Shown: piece after piece, positions 56,869 through 64,000 of the stretch
Numbering within the stretch: position 1 is the first letter of the stretch
Layout of the letters: every line of letters starts with the position of its first letter
Assembly (NCBI GenBank): GCA_041641295.1
Contig: JBEPYO010000001.1
Span: 1,408,001-1,472,000 of the forward strand
Origin: Nitrososphaerota archaeon
GTDB lineage: Archaea > Thermoproteota > Nitrososphaeria_A > Caldarchaeales > Calditenuaceae
DNA length: 64,000 bases
Direction: 5' to 3'
Position numbers and translations under genes: made by a program
Notes under the pieces: generated by a model
Told to the model about the DNA's origin: nothing
The model's database searches: none
The model's input: the letters and a program-made list of their open reading frames with translations, nothing else

Positions 56869-57868
56869 CTTTATAGGTTTCCTTGATGTAGGGAATAACC
56901 TTCGTACCCATGAACCTAATGAACTTTCTCTGGTCTGGGCTTGTACTTAGAAACTCGATCTCGTTTACACCCATTCTGACCCACTTCTCAATACGCTTAA
57001 TGGCATCTTCCTCACATGTTATTATGAACCTCTTCTGGAGGACTTGCTCCCGCGTAATTGTACTTCCCAGCCTCTCGAGCTCGCGTGGGTCGTAAATATC
57101 TGAGTCGAAAATACCTGGCACCATAGTCGGGTTCCAGAATCTGCACCCCTCAATAGCCCTGTCCAAGTCTTCGTCATATGATACAACACTATGAACTATC
57201 TTCTTAATCTTAGAGACATCGCGTCCCGCATCTGCCGCCCCCCTTTCCATCGCAGGTAATACCTCACTCACAAAAACTTGCTCAAACACGCGGGCGGAAA
57301 CCACAACCCCGTCGGCGTAGTAGCCCGCTACATAGCCGGACTTCTTTCCACTCGCAACCATGAATATGGGAATCTTAGTCTTGGGTTTTGTGTAAAGATT
57401 TGCCTGCCTAAGCTTATAGTACTTTCCATCATAATCAATAAAATCTCTCGTCCAGAGGGCCCTGATTATTTCAAAAGACTCTCGCACACGCATAAGTCTT
57501 TCATTATAAGGAGGCCACGGCAGCCCCAGAGGCATCTCATTCATTGCCTCGCCCGTTGCAAGACATAAAAACACTCGGCCTGGAAATATGTAGTCTAGTG
57601 TCGCATATGCTTGAGCAATAAGTGCTGGATGATAGCGCATTATTGTCGCACATACAGAGCCTATCCTCATTCTATGAGTCTTCACAGCCGCTATTCCAAG
57701 CCAGCTAAGTGCGAAGCCGGAGTGCGCATTTGTATGGCTCCACGGGTGGAAATGGTCACTAGACCATATCGTGTCGAAGTTGTAGCGCTCAGCCTCCACA
57801 GAGAATTCCAGAAGACTTACAGGGTCGTATTGTTCGTGTGCGCAGTAAAAGCCAAACTCGATAGTCAA
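56861..57868 (-). CDS. F420-dependent luciferase-like oxidoreductase (FGD/G6PDH-F420 family)
   Basis: HEQY, SDHFHPW, RYHPA..AQA.ATL, TGEAMNE and LYT.P; TTG start 57868. Confidence 0.88.
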   Translation of the reverse strand: MTIEFGFYCAHEQYDPVSLLEFSVEAERYNFDTIWSSDHFHPWSHTNAHSGFALSWLGIAAVKTHRMRIGSVCATIMRYHPALIAQAYATLDYIFPGRVFLCLATGEAMNEMPLGLPWPPYNERLMRVRESFEIIRALWTRDFIDYDGKYYKLRQANLYTKPKTKIPIFMVASGKKSGYVAGYYADGVVVSARVFEQVFVSEVLPAMERGAADAGRDVSKIKKIVHSVVSYDEDLDRAIEGCRFWNPTMVPGIFDSDIYDPRELERLGSTITREQVLQKRFIITCEEDAIKRIEKWVRMGVNEIEFLSTSPDQRKFIRFMGTKVIPYIKETYKDG

Positions 57869-58150
57869 CGAGGAAAAAATATGTAAGGAGATATTTAGAG
57901 ATAACCCGATATTCTGCGAGCATAGAGTAATGCGCGCGTTCATAAACCATTAGAGAATCATCCATTAATCTCCCACTGTCTACTGGCCAGTTAAAAAAAT
58001 TTCATGAACCCGTGAAATTATGTGATCCTAGGTGCCGGCCAAGTGTATTTAAAAGATTTTATGATATTGGAGACAAAAACAATCATATAAGATAGCAGCC
58101 ATATTCTGCGTGCGGAAAAATTTTTAAGTAGGCGAAAGTATTGCAGCTCT

Positions 58151-58918
58151 GTGAGACTAAAGGATAAGGTAGCTATAGTTACAGGCGGCGCTCGAGGTAT
58201 AGGATTTGCAATAGCTTCAAGGTTTGCGAAAGAAGGTGGGAAGGTAGCGATATTGGATATAGATTTGGAGAAGGCTGAAAAAGCTGTAAATACCATTAAA
58301 AATGAAGTCAGTGGGGCGGAAGTCATAGCGCTCCAAGCAGATGTGAGCAATGTTGACTCCGTTAAGAGATGTGTTGACGAGGTCGTTAAAAGGTTTGGAA
58401 AAATCGACATATTAGTGAACAATGCGGCAATCCACCTTGGAAAACCATTCCATGAAGAGCCGCTGGAATATTGGGAGAAACAATTCAGAATAAACGTGCT
58501 TGGTACAGTTATACCCTCCCAGCTAGTTGTGCCTCACATGATTAAGGCGGGAGGCGGCTCAATCATCAATATCTCGTCGAAGGCTGCGATCACGGGTGAG
58601 CCGGGGCACGCCGCCTATAGTGCACTGAAGGGCGCAGTACTCTCACTAACACTTGCGATGGCCGTTGACTTGGCACCATACAACATCCGGGTCAATGCTA
58701 TATGCCCAGGACCTACAGAGACAGACCTATTGTACTCGGCCACAACAGAAGAGGAGCGGAAAAGAATGGCTGCTAGAGCTCCTTTGAAGAGGCTGGCGAA
58801 GCCCGAGGATATAGCGGCAGCCGCCCTCTACCTCGCGTCTGATGATTCTGCATATGTGACTGGGCAGAAGTTCGTCGTGGATGGCGGCATGACGATCGTC
58901 GCTGTCGAGAGAGTGTAG
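58151..58918 (+). CDS. Short-chain dehydrogenase/reductase
   Basis: TGGARGIG, NNAA, YSALK and IRVNAICPG. Confidence 0.93.
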   Translation: MRLKDKVAIVTGGARGIGFAIASRFAKEGGKVAILDIDLEKAEKAVNTIKNEVSGAEVIALQADVSNVDSVKRCVDEVVKRFGKIDILVNNAAIHLGKPFHEEPLEYWEKQFRINVLGTVIPSQLVVPHMIKAGGGSIINISSKAAITGEPGHAAYSALKGAVLSLTLAMAVDLAPYNIRVNAICPGPTETDLLYSATTEEERKRMAARAPLKRLAKPEDIAAAALYLASDDSAYVTGQKFVVDGGMTIVAVERV

Positions 58919-58987
58919 CAGGCGTAATACACCCGCTAATACCTTTAATAAGCCCATGCAATAACAATGGTTACGGGTCCCTGATTT

Positions 58988-60619
58988 ATGTCTAGAAAGT
59001 TCATTATCCGCGACCCATTCGCACTGCATAGGGAGGGTGTATTAAAGAGTCGCGGTTACGCGGCGTGGAGGAGTAACATCTACGTGGCTGAAGCCATCTC
59101 TGATGTGTTGAAACCGTGTTTTGGCCCCAAAGGCATGTCTAAGCTGGTTATCGACAAGTTTACTGAAGGGACGCTCACGAGTCATGGTGCGGAGATACTG
59201 GAAAAGCTTGACCTTCACCACCCCGTAGCTAGGCTTCTCAGTGAGGCATCCAAGACCGTCGACAAAACGGTAGGGGATGGCACCAAGACAACAATTATAT
59301 TGATTGGGGAATTATTAAGAAAAGCTGCAGATCTGGCAACTAAGCAGCTAAAAGTCAATACAATAATACAGGGATACTCGATAGCATATAACACTGCATT
59401 GAAAAATCTACGGTCGTTTAGTATGGCGGTCAACACGGTCGATAGTAATTCAATTAAAAAATTTGTATCCGCAATGTTCACCGCTAGGACTTTAGGTAAT
59501 GCCGATCACCTCTCAGAACTAGCAACCCAGGCTATAGCCACAACCATTAGAAAAAACGGTGATAACAAGGTCCTAGATAGGGATGCTGTAAAAATTGTTA
59601 AAAAAGCCGGAGGAAGCATCATGGAGAGCAAGGTACTAGATGGTGTTATCATCGAGAAAGGGGTTGCTCATCCAGCTATGCCGCGAATTATAAAAAATCC
59701 GAGAATCGCGATGCTAAATATGGCCTTAAAAATAGATGAATTCAAGCATCTACAGCCGTTTAAGTATCATATAGATATCAACAAGTCTGGCAGCATCAAT
59801 CAGTTCCTACAGGAAGAGGAGAGGATTGTTCGAAGTATGGTTGAGAGGGTGTTATCGGTTGGCGCAAATGTTGTCATATGTAGAAAGAGGATGGGGGACG
59901 TTGCAAAACAATTGCTTGCAAAGGCCGGCGTTATGGGAGTAAGCCGGCTACTCAATGAGAAGGAGTTTACTAGCGTCGCAAAGATCACGGGCGCTAGAAT
60001 AGTTTCCAGCATAGATGATATCAGGGAGGAGGACTTGGGCAGAGCGGGGCTCATTAGAGAGATGCAGATAGGAAGTGAGCGGGTCCTAGCTATCGAGGGA
60101 TGTAATAGTTCAGGAGGTGTTACGGTTCTGTTGAGAGGTTTTTCAGAGAACGTACTAAATGACATCGAACACGCATTCAAAGACGCGATAACTTATGTTT
60201 CCTCGATGTTAGAGGGGCCAGCCTACTTGCCGGGGGGAGGGGCTGTAGAGGAGTCGCTAGCCATAGCTATTAGAAAGGAGGCTTTAGAGCATGTGGGAAA
60301 AGAGCAGGAAGCTATCATCTCATGTGCAGACGCTCTAGAAACTATTCCGCGGCTTCTTGCAGAAAACTCTGGGCATGACCCATTAGAAGTGCTGACTGAG
60401 CTAAGAGCAAAACATGAGAAAGGCGAGAACCAGTACGGATTTGACGCCTTTACTGGCGAAGTATGTGACATGATTAAACTTGGCATAGTTGAGTCTCATA
60501 GAATGAAGGAGCAGGTGTTAAAGACAGCATTTGAGACAGCTATTATGCTGTTAAGGGTGGATGAGTTGGTTGATAGACGGTATGCTAAGAGGCATGAGGG
60601 TGAGCTTGGCGGGGAATAA
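58988..60619 (+). CDS. Divergent group II chaperonin (thermosome subunit paralogue)
   Basis: GPKGM.K, HP.A, GDGT, GGGA.E, E.IPR.LAENSG.D and LLRVD; several ATP-site positions are altered. Confidence 0.93.
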   Translation: MSRKFIIRDPFALHREGVLKSRGYAAWRSNIYVAEAISDVLKPCFGPKGMSKLVIDKFTEGTLTSHGAEILEKLDLHHPVARLLSEASKTVDKTVGDGTKTTIILIGELLRKAADLATKQLKVNTIIQGYSIAYNTALKNLRSFSMAVNTVDSNSIKKFVSAMFTARTLGNADHLSELATQAIATTIRKNGDNKVLDRDAVKIVKKAGGSIMESKVLDGVIIEKGVAHPAMPRIIKNPRIAMLNMALKIDEFKHLQPFKYHIDINKSGSINQFLQEEERIVRSMVERVLSVGANVVICRKRMGDVAKQLLAKAGVMGVSRLLNEKEFTSVAKITGARIVSSIDDIREEDLGRAGLIREMQIGSERVLAIEGCNSSGGVTVLLRGFSENVLNDIEHAFKDAITYVSSMLEGPAYLPGGGAVEESLAIAIRKEALEHVGKEQEAIISCADALETIPRLLAENSGHDPLEVLTELRAKHEKGENQYGFDAFTGEVCDMIKLGIVESHRMKEQVLKTAFETAIMLLRVDELVDRRYAKRHEGELGGE

Positions 60620-60744
60620 GCTCCCACCAGCCACACAGTTAATGGGTAAGTTTATGTGAGCATAGCACTGCATTGGACTCTGCTCGTAGCATATAGTCGG
60701 AAAAATATTATTTAAGGGCCGCTGGTTGGAGTTTGGGAGGGTTT

Positions 60745-62292
60745 ATGAGCCCTCAGTACCTTATTGGTGTCGATATTGGGACAGCTGGAACGAAAGCAGC
60801 TATATTTGACGTTGAGGGCAACCAGTTGGCCGTATCATATGAAGAGTCTAAACTTTATTATCCGAGGGTGGGATGGGTTGAACAGGTTCCCGAAGACTTC
60901 TATATTTCGACGGTTAACACTGTCAGGGAGGTTGTTAAGAAGTCTAGGATCGACCCGCGCCAAGTCGCGTCAATTGCTTTCAGCGGACAGATGGCCGGCA
61001 TATTGGCGATAGATAAGGACTGGAACCCCGTGATGCCATACGACTCGTGGCTTGACATTAGGTGTGAAAAATACATCGATTATTTGAAGGCGAACCATGA
61101 AGAGTTGCTCATAGATAGGACTGGCGTGCCGCCGACTGTTGACCATCTCCCTAAAATGATGTGGTGGAAGAACGAGAGGCGCGAAACTTTCGAGAAGATA
61201 TGCAAATTTACCGTCCCCGCAGTGTATGTGGCCGGCAGACTAGCAGGGCTTAAGGGTGAAGACGCATTCTATGACTACACGTATGTAACTTTTACAGGGT
61301 TATTCGATATCCACAGGATGGATTGGTCTGAAGAGCTTGCCGAGATTTTCAAATTGCCGTTGGACAAGATGCCCAGGGTGGTTAAACCTTGGGAAGTGAT
61401 CGGAGAGCTCACGCAGGAGTCGGCTGAGAAAATGGGGCTTGTAAAGGGGATACCTATTGTAGCGGGGGCTGGAGATGGTATGGCTTGCGCGTTTGGTGCC
61501 GGATTGACGCAGCCCGGCCTATGCCTAGACATCGCTGGAACGGCCTCTGCCTTCTACGTCTCAACCGATAAAATTGCCCCAGATGTCAAACATAGGACGC
61601 TACTACACCTCAAGTCTGTCGTCCCAGATCAGTGGTGTGTTGGGGCGTATATTAATGGTGGTGGCCTATGTCTAAGATGGTTCAGGGACGAGATTGCTAA
61701 AGAGGAGAAGACAATAGCCCAACAGCAGGGGAGAGACCCGTATGAAATCTTGGATGAGAGAGCTTCAGAAATCTCCCCTGGTAGCGAGGGGGTATTCTTC
61801 ATCCCCCACCTTGGCGGAAGGGCATATCCTTACAACCCGCGCATCAGAGGTGTGTGGGTAGGCTTCAGCTGGAAACACACCAAAGGGCACCTCTACAGAT
61901 CCATACTAGAATCCATAGCGTTTGAATATAATCACTACTTGAAAATCCTCCGCGAGCTGTTAAGTAACATCAGGATAGGTGAGGTTAGGGGGATAGGAGG
62001 TGGGAGCAAGAGCCGGATTTGGTGTCAGATAAAGGCCGATATCTTAGGAGTCCCATACGTCTTGCTTAACAGAGAAGAATATGCCGTCACCGCATTGGCC
62101 GTTATCGGTGGATATGGTGTTAAAGTGTTAAAAGACTACAAGAAGACGATTGATGAATGGGTCAAGCCCGTTAAAAGGGTTGAACCAAGAGAGGAGGTGG
62201 CCAGCGTCTATCGTAAGTATTCAGAGTATTATGAAAAACTGGTTGCGCGAATCGATTACTTGATGGAAGACCATAGCAAACTATTCTCATAG
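60745..62292 (+). CDS. FGGY-family carbohydrate kinase (xylulokinase-like)
   Basis: GVDIGT, GWVEQ.P, SGQM.G, W.D.R, GAGD, GT, P.L.G and GGGSKS..W.QI.AD. Confidence 0.92.
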   Translation: MSPQYLIGVDIGTAGTKAAIFDVEGNQLAVSYEESKLYYPRVGWVEQVPEDFYISTVNTVREVVKKSRIDPRQVASIAFSGQMAGILAIDKDWNPVMPYDSWLDIRCEKYIDYLKANHEELLIDRTGVPPTVDHLPKMMWWKNERRETFEKICKFTVPAVYVAGRLAGLKGEDAFYDYTYVTFTGLFDIHRMDWSEELAEIFKLPLDKMPRVVKPWEVIGELTQESAEKMGLVKGIPIVAGAGDGMACAFGAGLTQPGLCLDIAGTASAFYVSTDKIAPDVKHRTLLHLKSVVPDQWCVGAYINGGGLCLRWFRDEIAKEEKTIAQQQGRDPYEILDERASEISPGSEGVFFIPHLGGRAYPYNPRIRGVWVGFSWKHTKGHLYRSILESIAFEYNHYLKILRELLSNIRIGEVRGIGGGSKSRIWCQIKADILGVPYVLLNREEYAVTALAVIGGYGVKVLKDYKKTIDEWVKPVKRVEPREEVASVYRKYSEYYEKLVARIDYLMEDHSKLFS

Positions 62293-62438
62293 ATGATATT
62301 CCGGCGTTAACTTTCTTTATACTGTCGTGCTTCTAATTAAGCTATCGACTGACGAGGTAAAAAGGTATGAAACGCTACGTATCGATATGTATCGTGCTAT
62401 AAATGTTTATATGTAGGCATTTCGATCTAATCTCCGCT

Positions 62439-64000
62439 ATGGAAAAGGAAAAGCCTTCTGAGAAAGCAATATCGAGGAGGGCTGCTATCAGTCAAACGGC
62501 CAAGATCGCAGGCGTTGCTGCGGCTGGGCTCGTTGTGGGTGGGGTCGCAGGTTATTTGTCAGGAACAGCAGCGCAGCCTAGGCCGGCCACTGTTACTGTC
62601 GAGAGGCCAGTGGAGAGGACTGTAACCCTTCCAGGCGGAACAGTCACAGTTGAAAGGGAGAGAACTCTCACGGTCACCGCGACCGCCCCAGGTGCGCCCA
62701 CCGGTGTTGCCGAGCTTAGAGCCCAGCTAGCAAAAAGATACGCGACAGGTAAGCCTGGGGACAAATTCCTTGTCGGATATGTTACCTGGACCTTGGCCCA
62801 AGAGGCGCCAAAGTATGACTATCAGGGCGCCGATCAAGCAGCTAGGCAGCTTGAACTTGACTTCAAGGGTATAGAGATAGGGGCCGAGGCATTAAAGGCT
62901 GTAGAGGCTACTGACTCGCTAATTGCGGCAGGCGCTAAGGGGATTGTTTACTGGGCCCCCGCCATAGCTGCTATGCAAGAGATAGTGAGGCTCTGTGAGG
63001 AGAACAAGGTGTTTGCATCCACAGCTTGGTGCAGGGATCCAGCCCTACTACCGGGAGACAAGGGGCCATACTGGTTCCTAGAGTTCAGCACGATGTCGGA
63101 TGAGATGAGCTTCCACTGCATGACACTACTCTATGAGAAGATGAGGAAGTATGGAAGGAGCAAAGTCCTTCACGTGCAGTCTTCAAAGACTATTGCACCC
63201 GACTCTACCGCGCTCATCAATCAGGGAATAGCACTAGCGTGGAGAAGGTATCCATTCATACAGAACCTCGGGCATTACTGGGGTGAATGGGCGTATCCTG
63301 GAGGTAGAAAGGCTGGAGAGGATGCATTGGCAGTCAGAACAGACTACGAAGCGGTCTGGGGACACAACGACGACCAAGCGATGGGCACCGTCTCAGTATT
63401 CAAGGAGAGAGGGATAGATATTGGCCCATTCACGGCAGCTAGAGACGCAATAGTAGCCTATGTAGACCTAGTGATAAAGGGTGAGTTGTTCGTAACGTCA
63501 CTCACGGAATTCCAGTATTTCGGCGGCAAACGCGTCACCGCTATCTACGATGCCGTTACAGGGGCCTCATATCCGCTCAGAGACGAGATGGTTCAGTCAC
63601 CATGGGTCACCACCGTTCTCAACCTCTCAACACCAGGAATCAAGGAGGAGAACGAGGAACTAATCAGAAGCTCTGGTCTTGAGTGGCATCCAAACTTCGT
63701 AGTAGTTGACGCTGCCAAGCTCTTAGACTTCCTGAAGATAAGCGAGGTATATCCGTCAAGGATGTATCCATACGACTTCAGGACTCTGTCAGTGGGTAAG
63801 GTTAGAGAGCTTGGACTCACATTTGACAGGCACGCGAAGAACTACCTAACGGCAAACGACTACTACTACGTTCCGATGATGGAGAGGATGAAGGTGACAG
63901 ATGACAGGACGAAGGGAGAAAACTTAGAGTCATTCAGGAAGCAATTCGGATTAACAATGAAATACTTCTTGGACCTGAACTGGGATACGTGGAAAGATAA
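62439..64000 (+). CDS. Tat-exported sugar ABC transporter substrate-binding protein (partial, runs off the window)
   Basis: Absent from the ORF track because no stop is reached. Reads MEKEKPSEKAISRRAAI (twin-Arg), TM helix, TVTV-rich stalk, then a PBP type I pattern (GA..AA..L, LIAAGAKGI, HNDDQAMG). Confidence 0.85.
   Translation, partial: MEKEKPSEKAISRRAAISQTAKIAGVAAAGLVVGGVAGYLSGTAAQPRPATVTVERPVERTVTLPGGTVTVERERTLTVTATAPGAPTGVAELRAQLAKRYATGKPGDKFLVGYVTWTLAQEAPKYDYQGADQAARQLELDFKGIEIGAEALKAVEATDSLIAAGAKGIVYWAPAIAAMQEIVRLCEENKVFASTAWCRDPALLPGDKGPYWFLEFSTMSDEMSFHCMTLLYEKMRKYGRSKVLHVQSSKTIAPDSTALINQGIALAWRRYPFIQNLGHYWGEWAYPGGRKAGEDALAVRTDYEAVWGHNDDQAMGTVSVFKERGIDIGPFTAARDAIVAYVDLVIKGELFVTSLTEFQYFGGKRVTAIYDAVTGASYPLRDEMVQSPWVTTVLNLSTPGIKEENEELIRSSGLEWHPNFVVVDAAKLLDFLKISEVYPSRMYPYDFRTLSVGKVRELGLTFDRHAKNYLTANDYYYVPMMERMKVTDDRTKGENLESFRKQFGLTMKYFLDLNWDTWKD

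Noticed and set aside
1-64000. CRISPR arrays, transposases, integrases and rRNA genes
   Set aside because: No regularly spaced repeats, recombinase/transposase motifs or rRNA-like tracts seen; the islands are inferred only from content, composition by eye and tRNA adjacency.

Overview
Archaeal chromosome segment, most consistent with a Caldarchaeales ('Aigarchaeota')-like member of the TACK group. This rests on the gene set (fibrillarin/Nop5, Kae1/Bud32, GINS-MCM-Hel308, aCPSF1, Tyw1, PriS) and a Caldiarchaeum-type eukaryote-like ubiquitin locus; the placement is from recall, not a search. The window is mostly dense housekeeping DNA with four tRNAs: Thr-GGT, Gly-TCC, Met-CAT and Leu-CAG, the last with a canonical BHB intron. 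Two accessory-looking, visibly more AT-rich blocks lie next to tRNAs: a glycosyltransferase/radical-SAM/membrane-protein block (about 9.4-19.8 kb) and a sugar/polyol catabolic block (51.1 kb to the window end). Highlights: (1) a Ub-E2-E1 operon divergent from an Rpn11-like JAMM protease plus an unknown coiled-coil gene, with no RING E3 at the locus and a ubiquitin ending directly at GG; (2) a separate SAMP/MoaD that does carry a 9-aa extension after GG; (3) an unannotated box C/D sRNA whose two guides both fit tRNA-Leu, one spanning the exon-intron junction of the pre-tRNA-Leu(CAG) in this window and pointing to wobble C34; (4) a group II chaperonin paralogue with altered ATPase motifs inside the sugar cluster. 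All product calls come from motif recognition by eye; no database searches were run.
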